Positions 12,101-24,014 of a DNA stretch of 44,933 nt are shown one piece after another. Source of the DNA: Utricularia gibba (Eukaryota; Plantae; Magnoliophyta). Both the position numbers and the translations under genes were made by a program. Under the pieces are notes generated by a model that worked only from the letters and a program-made list of their open reading frames with translations, ran no database searches and was not told the DNA's origin. Every line of letters begins with the position of its first letter. The stretch's first letter is position 1. The DNA is taken from the NCBI GenBank assembly GCA_002189035.1, contig NEEC01000250.1:1-44933 (forward strand), in the 5' to 3' direction.

Positions 12101-15100
12101 GATACCTTTATTGAAGTGAGGATCTCAAGACCACCCCAAATGCTTTTTTCAACAGCATGCTTTAAACTTGAGAAGGCGCTTTTGTGGGTCACCGAGATCG
12201 GGCCGGAATTCGGGTCGGGCTTGGGGACAAAGTCAGCTGTAGCCCGTCAAAAGAAGTGATGCATTTATTAACGTTGGGTTGTCGGCGGCTGCCCACATGG
12301 TTTTTCAAGCAACAGCTTGCCGTTTTAAGGTGGGTGCTGTCGTTGGCAGCTTTGTAAGGGCCCAAGGTTTGGTCTGGCTCCTTAGCCCAATCGGGTCCTA
12401 CTCGATGAAAATCGTGATGCATTTAATGAAGTTATGATGTCATGAGCGCCCCAAATGGTTTTCTCAACAACCTGATTTATATTTGACGAGGTGCTCTAGG
12501 CTGGCACTAGTATCGAGCAAATGGTCGAGTCGCGCTCTGGCCCATAGTCATTTGTAGCCCGGCCAAAAAAGTGATGCATTTATTAACGTTGGGTTTTCGG
12601 CGGCTGCCTACATGCTTTTTCAAGGAAAAGTTGTCGTTTTTTGGCGGGTGCTGTTGTTGGGAACTTCGTCCGGACCCAAGGTTCGGTCTGACTTCACAGC
12701 ACAATAAGGTCCCATTCGACGAAAATCGTGATACCTTTATTGAAGTGAGGATCTCAAGACCACCCCAAATGCTTTTTTCAACAGCATGCTATACACTTGA
12801 GAAGGCGCTTTTGTGGGTCACCGAGATCGGGCCGGAATTCGGTCGGGCTTGGGGGACAAAGTCAGCTGTAGCCCGTCAAAAGAAGTGATGCATTTATTAA
12901 CGTTGGGTTGTCGGCGGCTGCCCACATGGTTTTTCAAGCAACAGCTTGCCGTTTTAAGGTGGGTGCTGTCGTTGGCAGCTTTGTAAGGGCCCAAGGTTTG
13001 GTCTGGCTCCTTAGCCCAATCGGGTCCTACTCGATGAAAATCGTGATGCATTTAATGAGTTATGATGTCATGAGCGCCCCAAATGGTTTTCTCAACAACC
13101 TGATTTATATTTGACGAGGTGCTCTAGGCTGGCACTAGTATCGAGCAAATGGTCGAGTCGCGCTCTGGCCCATAGTCATTTGTAGCCCGGCCAAAAAAGT
13201 GATGCATTTATTAACGTTGGGTTTTCGGCGGCTGCCTACATGCTTTTTCAAGGAAAAGTTGTCGTTTTTTGGCGGGTGCTGTTGTTGGGAACTTCGTCCG
13301 GACCCAAGGTTCGGTCTGACTTCACAGCACAATAAGGTCCCATTCGACGAAAATCGTGATACCTTTATTGAAGTGAGGATCTCAAGACCACCCCAAATGC
13401 TTTTTTCAACAGCATGCTTTACACTTGAGAAGGCGCTTTTGTGGGTCACCGAGATCGGGCCGGAATTCGGGTCGGGCTTGGGGGACAAAGTCAGCTGTAG
13501 CCCGTCAAAAGAAGTGATGCATTTATTAACGTTGGGTTGTCGGGGCTGCCCACATGGTTTTTCAAGCAACAGCTTGCCGTTTTAAGGTGGGTGCTGTCGT
13601 TGGCAGCTTTGTAAGGGCCCAAGGTTTGGTCTGGCTCCTTAGCCCAATCGGGTCCTACTCGATGAAAATCGTGATGCATTTAATGAAGTTATGATGTCAT
13701 GAGCGCCCCAAATGGTTTTCTCAACAACCTGATTTATATTTGACGAGGTGCTCTAGGCTGGCACTAGTATCGAGCAAATGGTCGAGTCGCGCTCTGGCCC
13801 ATAGTCATTTGTAGCCCGGCCAAAAAAGTGATGCATTTATTAACGTTGGGTTTTCGGCGGCTGCCTACATGCTTTTTCAAGGAAAAGTTGTCGTTTTTTG
13901 GCGGGTGCTGTTGTTGGAACTTCGTCCGGACCCAAGGTTCGGTCTGACTTCACAGCACAATAAGGTCCCATTCGACGAAAATCGTGATACCTTTATTGAA
14001 GTGAGGATCTCATGACCACCCCAAATGCTTTTTTCAACAGCATGCTATACACTTGAGAAGGCGCTTTTGTGGTCACCGAGATCGGGCCGGAATTCGGGTC
14101 GGGCTTGGGGGACAAAGTCAGCTGTAGCCCGTCAAAAGAAGTGATGCATTTATTAACGTTGGGTTGTCGGCGGCTGCCCACATGGTTTTTCAAGCAACAG
14201 CTTGCCGTTTTAAGGTGGGTGCTGTCGTTGGCAGCTTTGTAAGGGCCCAAGGTTTGGTCTGGCTCCTTAGCCCAATCGGGTCCTACTCGATGAAAATCGT
14301 GATGCATTTAATGAGTTATGATGTCATGAGCGCCCCAAATGGTTTTCTCAACAACCTGATTTATATTTGACGAGGTGCTCTAGGCTGGCACTAGTATCGA
14401 GCAAATGGTCGAGTCGCGCTCTGGCCCATAGTCATTTGTAGCCCGGCCAAAAAAGTGATGCATTTATTAACGTTGGGTTTTCGGCGGCTGCCTACATGCT
14501 TTTCAAGGAAAAGTTGTCGTTTTTTGGCGGGTGCTGTTGTTGGGAACTTCGTCCGGACCCAAGGTTCGGTCTGACTTCACAGCACAATAAGGTCCCATTC
14601 GACGAAAATCGTGATACCTTTATTGAAGTGAGGATCTCAAGACCACCCCAAATGCTTTTTTCAACAGCATGCTATACACTTGAGAAGGCGCTTTTGTGGG
14701 TCACCCAGATCGGGCCGGAATTCGGGTCGGGCTTGGGGACAAAGTCAGCTGTAGCCCGTCAAAAAAGTGATGCATTTATTAACGTTGGGTTGTCGGCGGC
14801 TGCCCACATGGTTTTTCAAGCAAAGCTTGCCGTTTTAAGGTGGGTGCTGTCGTTGGCAGCTTTGTAAGGGCCCAAGGTTTGGTCTGGCTCCTTAGCCCAA
14901 TCGGGTCCTACTCGATGAAAATCGTGATGCATTTAATGAAGTTATGATGTCATGAGCGCCCCAAATGGTTTCTCAACAACCTGATTTATATTTGACGAGG
15001 TGCTCTAGGCTGGCACTAGTATCGAGCAAATGGTCGAGTCGCGCTCTGGCCCATAGTCATTTGTAGCCCGGCCAAAAAAGTGATGCATTTATTAACGTTG

Positions 15101-15999
15101 GGTTTTCGGCGGCTGCCTACATGCTTTTCAAGGAAAAGTTGTCGTTTTTTGGCGGGTGCTGTTGTTGGGAACTTCGTCCGGACCCAAGGTTCGGTCTGAC
15201 TTCACAGCACAATAAGGTCCCATTCGACGAAAATCGTGATACCTTTATTGAAGTGAGGATCTCAAGACCACCCCAAATGCTTTTTTCAACAGCATGCTTT
15301 AAACTGAGAAGGCGCTTTTGTGGGTCACCGAAATCGGGCCGGAATTCGGGTCGGGCTTGGGGGACAAAGTCAGCTGTAGCCCGTCAAAAGAAGTGATGCA
15401 TTTATTAACGTTGGGTTGTCGGCGGCTGCCACATGGTTTTTCAAGCAACAGCTTGCCGTTTTAAGGCGGGTGCTGTCGTTGGCAGCTTTGTAAGGTCCCA
15501 AGGTTCGGTCAGGCTCCTGAGCCCAAATCGGGTCCTACTCGATGAAAATCGTGATGCATTTGCTTTTGTTAGGATGTCATGAGAACCCCAAATGGGTTTT
15601 CTCCACACTCTACTTTATATTTGAGAAGGCGCTCTCGGGGGGTTTTGGGATTGGGCCAGAGGTCGGGTCGGGCTCACGCCCATAGTCAGTTGTAGCCCGG
15701 AAAATAAGTGATGCATTTATCAACGTTGGGTTTTCGGCGGCTGCCTAAATGGTTTTTCAAGCAACAGCTTGCCGTTTTAAGGCGGGTGCTGTCGTTGGCA
15801 GCTTTGTAAGGGCCCAAGGTTTGGTCTGGCTCCTGAGCCCAATCGGGTCCTACTCGATGAAAATCGTGATGCATTTAATGAAGTTAGGATGTCATGATGA
15901 CGCCAAAATGGTCGACGAGGTGCTCTAGGCTGGCACTAGTATCGAGCAAATGGTCGAGTCGCGCTCTGGCCCATAGTCATTTGTAGCCCGGCCAAAAAA

Positions 16000-17225
16000 G
16001 TGATGCATTTATTAACGTTGGGTTTTCGGCGGCTGCCTACATGCTTTTTCAAGGAAAAGTTGTCGTTTTTTGGCGGGTGCTGTTGTTGGGAACTTCGTCC
16101 GGACCCAAGGTTCGGTCTGACTTCACAGCACAATAAGGTCCATTCGACGAAAATCGTGATACCTTTATTGAAGTTAGGATCTCATGACCACCCCAAATGC
16201 TTTTTTCAACAGCATGCTTTAAACTGAGAAGGCGCTTTTGTGGGTCACCGATCGGGCCGGAATTCGGGTCGGGCTTGGGGACAAAGTCAGCTGTAGCCCG
16301 TCAAAAGAAGTGATGCATTTATTAACGTTGGGTTGTCGGCGGCTGCCCACATGGTTTTTCAAGCAACAGCTTGCCGTTTTAAGGCGGGTGCTGTCGTTGG
16401 CAGCTTTGTAAGGTCCCAAGGTTCGGTCAGGCTCCTGAGCCCAATCGGGTCCTACTCGATGAAAATCGTGATGCATTTGCTTTTGTTAGGATGTCATGAG
16501 AACCCCAATGGGTTTTCTCAACACTCTACTTTATATTTGAGAAGGCGCTCTCGGGGGGTTTTGGGATGGGCCAGAGGTCGGGTCGGGCTCACGCCCATAG
16601 TCAGTTGTAGCCCGGAAAATAAGTGATGCATTTATCAACGTGGGTTTTCGGCGGCTGCCAAATGGTTTTTCAAGCAACAGCTTGCCGTTTTAAGGCGGGT
16701 GCTGTCGTTGGCAGCTTTGTAAGGGCCCAAGGTTCGGTCTGGCTCCTGAGCCAATCGGGTCCTACTCGATGAAAATCGTGATGCATTTGCTTTTGTTAGG
16801 ATGTCATGAGAACCCCAATGGTTTTCTCCACACTCTACTTTATATTTGAGAAGGCGCTCATTGGGCCAGAGTCGGGTCGGGCTCACGCCATAGTCAGTTG
16901 TAGCCCGGAAAATAAGTGATGCATTTATCAACGTTGGGTTTTCGGCGGCTGCCTAAATGGTTTTTCAAGAACAGCTTGCCGTTTTAAGGCGGGTGTGTCG
17001 TTGGCAGCTTTGTAAGGGCCCAAGGTTTGGTCTGGCTCCTGAGCCCAATCGGGTCCTACTCGATGAAAATCGTGATGCATTTAATGATTAGGATGTCATG
17101 AGCGCCCAAATGGTTTTCTCAACAACCTGATTTATATTTGACGAGGTGCTCTAGGCTGGCACTAGTATCGAGCAAATGGTCGAGTCGCGCTCTGGCCCAT
17201 AGTCATTTGTAGCCCGGCCAAAAAA
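16000..17225. repeat. Tetrameric HOR 1: a1-a2-b1'-c2-d1'-c2-d1-b2
   Basis: Two c2 starts (16468, 16778) and two d1-type starts (16623, 16916) lie between a1 starts at 16000 and 17226. Confidence 0.88.
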
Positions 17226-18160
17226 GTGATGCATTTATTAACGTTGGGTTTTCGGCGGCTGCCTACATGCTTTTTCAAGGAAAAGTTGTCGTTTTTTGGC
17301 GGGTGCTGTTGTTGGGAACTTCGTCCGGACCCAAGGTTCGGTCTGACTTCACAGCACAATAAGGTCCCATTCGACGAAAATCGTGATACCTTTATTGAAG
17401 TTAGGATCTCGTGACCACCCCAAATGCTTTTTTCAACAGCATGCTATACACTCGAGAGGGCGCTTTTGTGGGTCACCGAGATCGGGCCGGAATTCGGGTC
17501 GAGCTCGGGCCCAAAGTCAGTTGTAGCCCGTCAAAAGAAGTGATGCATTTATTAACGTTGGGTTCGGCGGCTGCCCACATGTTTTTCAAGCAACAGCTTG
17601 CCGTTTTAAGGCGGGTGCTGTCGTTGGCAGCTTTGTAAGGGCCCAAGGTTCGGTCAGGCTGAGCCTAATCGGGTCCTACTCGATGAAAATCGTGATGCAT
17701 TTGCTTTTGTTAGGATGTCATGAGAACCCCAATGGGTTTTCTCCACACTCTACTTTATATTTGAGAAGGCGCTCTCGGGGGGTTTTGGGATTGGGCCTGA
17801 GGTCGGGTCGGGCTCACCCATAGTCAGTTGTAGCCCGGAAAATAAGTGATGCATTTATCAACGTTGGGTTTTCGGCGGCTGCCTAAATGGTTTTTCAAGC
17901 AACAGCTTGCCGTTTTAAGGCGGGTGCTGTCGTTGGCAGCTTTGTAAGGGCCCAAGGTTTGGTCTGGCTCCTGAGCCCAATCGGGTCCTACTCGATGAAA
18001 ATCGTGATGCATTTAATGATGTTAGGATGTCATGAGCGCCCCAAATGGTTTTCTCAACAACTTGATTTATATTTGACGAGGTGCTCTAGGCTGGCACTAG
18101 TATCGAGCAAATGGTCGAGTCGCGCTCTGGCCCATAGTCATTTGTAGCCCGGCCAAAAAA

Positions 18161-19105
18161 GTGATGCATTTATTAACGTTGGGTTTTCGGCGGCTGCCTA
18201 CATGCTTTTTCAAGGAAAAGTTGTCGTTTTTTGGCGGGTGCTGTTGTTGGGAACTTCGTCCGGACCCAAGGTTCGGTCTGACTTCACAGCACAATAAGGT
18301 CCCATTCGACGAAAATCGTGATACCTTTATTGAAGTTAGGATCTCATGACCACCCCAAATGCTTTTTTCAACAGCATGCTTTAAACTTGAGAAGGCGCTT
18401 TTGTGGGTCACCCAGATCGGGCCGGAATTCGGGTCGGGCTTGGGGGACAAAGTCAACTGTAGCCCGTCAAAAGAAGTGATGCATTTATTAACGTTGGGTT
18501 GTCGGCGGCTGCCCACATGGTTTTTCAAGCAACAGCTTGCCGTTTTAAGGCGGGTGCTGTCGTTGGCAGCTTTGTAAGGTCCCAAGGTTCGGTCAGGCTC
18601 CTGAGCCCAATCGGGTCCTACTCGATGAAAATCGTGATGCATTTGCTTTTGTTAGGATGTCATGAGAACCCCAATGGGTTTTCTCCACACTCTACTTTAT
18701 ATTTGAGAAGGCGCTCTCGGGGGGTTTTGGGATTGGGCCAGAGGTCGGGTCGGGCTCACGCCCATAGTCAGTTGTAGCCCGGAAAATAAGTGATGCATTT
18801 ATCAACGTTGGGTTTTCGGCGGCTGCCTAAATGGTTTTTCAAGCAACAGCTTGCCGTTTTAAGGCGGGTGCTGTCGTTGGCAGCTTTGTAAGGGCCCAAG
18901 GTTTGGTCTGGCTCCTGAGCCCAATCGGGTCCTACTCGATGAAAATCGTGATGCATTTAATGAAGTTAGGATGTCATGAGCGCCCCAAATGGTTTTCTCA
19001 ACAACCTGATTTATATTTGACGAGGTGCTCTAGGCTGGCACTAGTATCGAGCAAATGGTCGAGTCGCGCTCTGGCCCATAGTCATTTGTAGCCCGGCCAA
19101 AAAAA
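18161..19105 (+). repeat. Reference trimer: a1 18161, b1' 18476, c2 18634, d1 18790, b2 18948
   Basis: Near-consensus copy (945 nt, one extra A in the terminal A run). Confidence 0.95.
18719..18754 (+). other. Putative G-quadruplex motif in c2 (GGGGGG-TTTT-GGG-ATT-GGG-CCAGAGGTC-GGG-TC-GGG); homologous motif in most c2 copies
   Basis: Five G-runs of 3 or more with loops of 4, 3, 9 and 2 nt. Matches a relaxed (loop up to 12 nt) G4 pattern. Folding is not demonstrated. Confidence 0.4.
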
Positions 19106-20043
19106 GTGATGCATTTATTAACGTTGGGTTTTCGGCGGCTGCCTACATGCTTTTTCAAGGAAAAGTTGTCGTTTTTTGGCGGGTGCTGTTGTTGGGAACT
19201 TCGTCCGGACCCAAGGTTCGGTCTGACTTCACAGCACAATAAGGTCCCATTCGACGAAAATCGTGATACCTTTATTGAAGTTAGGATCTCATGACCACCC
19301 AAATGCTTTTTTCAACAGCATGCTTTAAACTTGAGAAGGCGCTTTTGTGGGTCACCCAGATCGGGCCGGAATTCGGGTCGGGCTCTGGGGACAAAGTCAG
19401 CTGTAGCCCGTCAAAAGAAGTGATGCATTTATTAACGTTGGGTTGTCGGCGGCTGCCCACATGGTTTTTCAAGCAACAGCTTGCCGTTTTAAGGCGGGTG
19501 CTGTCGTTGCTTTGTAAGGGCCCAAGGTTCGGTCAGGCTCCTGAGCCAATCGGGTCCTACTCGATGAAAATCGTGATGCATTTGCTTTTGTTAGGATGTC
19601 ATGAGAACCCCAATGGGTTTTCTCCACACTCTACTTTATATTTGAGAAGGCGCTCTCGGGGGGTTTTGGGATTGGGCCAGAGGTCGGGTCGGGCTCACGC
19701 CCATAGTCAGTTGTAGCCCGGAAAATAAGTGATGCATTTATCAACGTTGGGTTTTCGGCGGCTGCCTAAATGGTTTTTCAAGCAACAGCTTGCCGTTTTA
19801 AGGCGGGTGCTGTCGTTGGCAGCTTTGTAAGGGCCCAAGGTTTGGTCTGGCTCCTGAGCCCAATCGGGTCCTACTCGATGAAAATCGTGATGCATTTAAT
19901 GAAGTTAGGATGTCATGAGCGCCCCAAATGGTTTTCTCAACAACCTGATTTATATTTGACGAGGTGCTCTAGGCTGGCACTAGTATCGAGCAAATGGTCG
20001 AGTCGCGCTCTGGCCCATAGTCATTTGTAGCCCGGCCAAAAAA

Positions 20044-21205
20044 GTGATGCATTTATTAACGTTGGGTTTTCGGCGGCTGCCTACATGCTTTTTCAAGGAA
20101 AAGTTGTCGTTTTTGGCGGGTGCTGTTGTTGGGAACTTCGTCCGGACCCAAGGTTCGGTCTGACTTCACAGCACAATAAGGTCCCATTCGACGAAAATCG
20201 TGATACCTTTATTGAAGTTAGGATCTCGTGACCACCCAAATGCTTTTTTCAACAGCATGCTATACACTCGAGAGGGCGCTTTTGTGGGTCACCGAGATCG
20301 GGCCGGAATTCGGGTCGAGCTCGGGCCCAAAGTCAGTGTAGCCCGTCAAAAGAAGTGATGCATTTATTAACGTTGGGTTGTCGGCGGCTGCCCACATGGT
20401 TTTTCAAGCAACAGCTTGCCGTTTTAAGGCGGGTGCTGTCGTTGGCAGCTTTGTAAGGTCCCAAGGTTCGGTCAGGCTCCTGAGCCCAATCGGGTCCTAC
20501 TCGATGAAAATCGTGATGCATTGCTTTTGTTAGGATGTCATGAGAACCCCAATGGGTTTTCTCAACACTACTTTATATTTGAGAAGGCGCTCTCGGGGGG
20601 TTGGGATGGGGCCAGAGGTCGGGTCGGGCTCACGCCCATAGTCAGTTGTAGCCCGGAAAATAAGTGATGCATTTATCAACGTTGGGTTTTCGGCGGCTGC
20701 CAAATGGTTTTTCAAGCAACAGCTTGCCGTTTTAAGGCGGGTGTGTCGTTGGCAGTTTTGTAAGGGCCCAGGTTCGGTCTGGCTCCTGAGCCCAATCGGG
20801 TCCTACTCGATGAAAATCGTGATGCATTTGCTCCCCAATGGGTTTTTCCACACTCTACTCTCGGCTCGGGTCGGGCTCATGCCCATAGTCAGCCCGGGAA
20901 CATTTATCAACGTTGGGTTTTCGGCGGCTGCCTAAATGGTTTTTCAAGCACAGCTTGCCGTTTTAAGGCGGGTGCTGTCGTTGGCAGCTTTGTAAGGGCC
21001 AAGGTTTGGTCTGGCTCCTGAGCCCAATCGGCCTACTCGATGAAAATCGTGATGCATTTAATGATGTTAGGATGTCATGAGCGCCCCAAATGGTTTTCTC
21101 AACAACCTGATTTATATTTGACGAGGTGCTCTAGGCTGGCACTAGTATCGAGCAAATGGTCGAGTCGCGCTCTGGCCCATAGTCATTTGTAGCCCGGCCA
21201 AAAAA
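20044..21205. repeat. Tetrameric HOR 2; second c2 reduced to ~82 nt
   Basis: c2 near 20512, d1' at 20664, ragged second c2 at 20819-20900, headless d1 from 20901. Confidence 0.75.
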
Positions 21206-24014
21206 GTGATGCATTTATTAACGTTGGGTTTTCGGCGGCTGCCTACATGCTTTTTCAAGGAAAAGTTGTCGTTTTTTGGCGGGTGCTGTTGTTGGGAACT
21301 TCGTCCGGACCCAAGGTTCGGTCTGACTTCACAGCACAATAAGGTCCCATTCGACGAAAATCGTGATACCTTTATTGAAGTTAGGATCTCATGACCACCC
21401 CAAATGCTTTTTTCAACAGCATGCTATAAACTTGAGAAGGCGCTTTTGTGGGTCACCGAGATCGGGCCGGAATTCGGGTCGGCTCGGGCCAAAGTCAGTT
21501 GTAGCCCGTCAAAAGAAGTGATGCATTTATTAACGTTGGGTTGTCGGCGGCTGCCCACATGGTTTTTCAAGCAACAGCTTGCCGTTTTAAGGCGGGTGCT
21601 GTCGTTGGCAGCTTTGTAAGGGCCCAAGGTTCGGTCAGGCTCCTGAGCCTAATCGGGTCCTACTCGATGAAAATCGTGATGCATTTGCTTTTGTTAGGAT
21701 GTCATGAGAACCCCAATGGGTTTTCTCCACACTCTACTTTATATTTGAGAAGGCGCTCTCGGGGGGTTTGGGATTGGGCCTGAGGTCGGGTCGGGCTCAC
21801 GCCCATAGTCAGTTGTAGCCCGGAAAATAAGTGATGCATTTATCAACGTTGGGTTTTCGGCGGCTGCCTAAATGGTTTTTCAAGCAACAGCTTGCCGTTT
21901 TAAGGCGGGTGCTGTCGTTGGCAGCTTTGTAAGGGCCCAAGGTTTGGTCTGGCTCCTGAGCCCAATCGGGTCCTACTCGATGAAAATCGTGATGCATTTA
22001 ATGATGTTAGGATGTCATGAGCGCCCCAAATGGTTTTCTCAACAACCTGATTTATATTTGACGAGGTGCTCTAGGCTGGCACTAGTATCGAGCAAATGGT
22101 CGAGTCGCGCTCTGGCCCATAGTCATTTGTAGCCCGGCCAAAAAAGTGATGCATTTATTAACGTTGGGTTTTCGGCGGCTGCCTACATGCTTTTTCAAGA
22201 AAAGTTGTCGTTTTTTGGCGGGTGCTGTTGTTGGGAACTTCGTCGGACCCAAGGTTCGGTCTGACTTCACAGCACAATAAGGTCCCATTCGACGAAAATC
22301 GTGATACCTTTATTGAAGTTAGGATCTCATGACCACCCCAAATGCTTTTTTCAACAGCATGCTTTAAACTTGAGAAGGCGCTTTTGTGGGTCACCCAGAT
22401 CGGGCCGGAATTCGGGTCGGGCTGGGGACAAAGTCAGCTGTAGCCCGTCAAAAGAAGTGATGCATTTATTAACGTTGGGTTGTCGGCGGCTGCCCATGGT
22501 TTTTCAAGCAACAGCTTGCCGTTTTAAGGCGGGTGCTGTCGTTGGCAGCTTTGTAAGGGCCCAAGGTTCGGTCAGGCTCCTGAGCCTAATCGGGTCCTAC
22601 TCGATGAAAATCGTGATGCATTTGCTTTTGTTAGGATGTCATGAGAACCCCAATGGTTTTTCTCCACACTCTACTTTATATTTGAGAAGGCGCTCTCGGG
22701 GGGTTTGGGATTGGGCCAGAGGTCGGGTCGGGCTCACGCCCATAGTCAGTTGTAGCCGGAAAATAAGTGATGCATTTATCAACGTTGGGTTTCGGCGGCT
22801 GCCTAAATGGTTTTTCAAGCAACAGCTTGCCGTTTTAAGGCGGGTGCTGTCGTTGGCAGCTTTGTAAGGGCCCAAGGTTTGGTCTGGCTCCTGAGCCAAT
22901 CGGGTCCTACTCGATGAAAATCGTGATGCATTTAATGAAGTTAGGATGTCATGAGCGCCCCAAATGGTTTTCTCAACAACCTGATTTATATTTGACGAGG
23001 TGCTCTAGGCTGGCACTAGTATCGAGCAAATGGTCGAGTCGCGCTCTGGCCCATAGTCATTTGTAGCCCGGCCAAAAAAGTGATGCATTTATTAACGTTG
23101 GGTTTTCGGCGGCTGCCTACATGCTTTTTCAAGGAAAAGTTGTCGTTTTTTGGCGGGTGCTGTTGTGGGAACTTCGTCCGGACCCAAGGTTCGGTCTGAC
23201 TTCACAGCACAATAAGGTCCCATTCGACGAAAATCGTGATACCTTTATTGAAGTTAGGATCTCGTGACCACCCCAAATGCTTTTTTCAACAGCATGCTAA
23301 CACTCGAGAGGGCGCTTTTGTGGGTCACCGAGATCGGGCCGGAATTCGGGTCGGGCTCGGGACAAAGTCAGCTGTCCCGTCAAAAGAAGTGATGCATTTA
23401 TTAACGTTGGGTTGTCGGCGCCTGCCCACATGGTTTTTCAAGCAACAGCTTGCCGTTTTAAGGCGGGTGCTGTCGTTGGCAGCTTTGTAAGGTCCCAAGT
23501 TCGGTCAGGCTCCTGAGCCTAATCGGGTCCTACTCGATGAAAATCGTGATGCATTTGCTTTTGTTAGGATGTCATGAGAACCCCAATGGGTTTTCTCCAC
23601 ACTCTACTTTATATTTGAGAAGGCGCTCTCGGGGGGTGGGATTGGGCCAGAGGTCGGGTCGGGCTCACGCCCATAGTCAGTTGTAGCCCGGAAAATAAGT
23701 GATGCATTTATCAACGTTGGGTTTTCGGCGGCTGCCTAAATGGTTTTTCAAGCAACAGCTTGCCGTTTTAAGGCGGGTGCTGTCGTTGGCAGCTTTGTAA
23801 GGGCCCAAGGTTTGGTCTGGCTCCTGAGCCCAATCGGGTCCTACTCGATGAAAATCGTGATGCATTTAATGAAGTTAGGATGTCATGAGCGCCCCAAATG
23901 GTTTTCTCAACAACCTGATTTATATTTGACGAGGTGCTCTAGGCTGGCACTAGTATCGAGCAAATGGTCGAGTCGCGCTCTGGCCCATAGTCATTTGTAG
24001 CCCGGCCAAAAAAA

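Larger units (their letters stand above)
40..15079. repeat. Domain 1: 24 consecutive dimeric HORs a1-a2-b1-b2 (consensus 157+158+158+157 = 630 bp)
   Basis: a1 starts at 40, 659, 1286, 1910, 2538, 3167, 3793, 4421, 5047, 5676, 6303, 6931, 7555, 8182, 8811, 9441, 10058, 10687, 11314, 11943, 12571, 13199, 13828, 14455. Mean observed spacing is ~627 nt. Copies differ only at a few recurrent SNP sites plus scattered small deletions. Confidence 0.97.

Noticed and set aside
18097-18642. 181-codon minus-strand ORF spanning most of a HOR unit (also 5612-6154), longer than expected by chance
   Set aside because: The very common a2 allele TATACAC creates an in-frame TAG (ORFs ending ...SAFSSV). Most recurrent SNPs are non-synonymous (H/R, K/Q, Q/R, W/S, H/L). 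The two halves are just the translated internal repeat. There is no sign of coding constraint.
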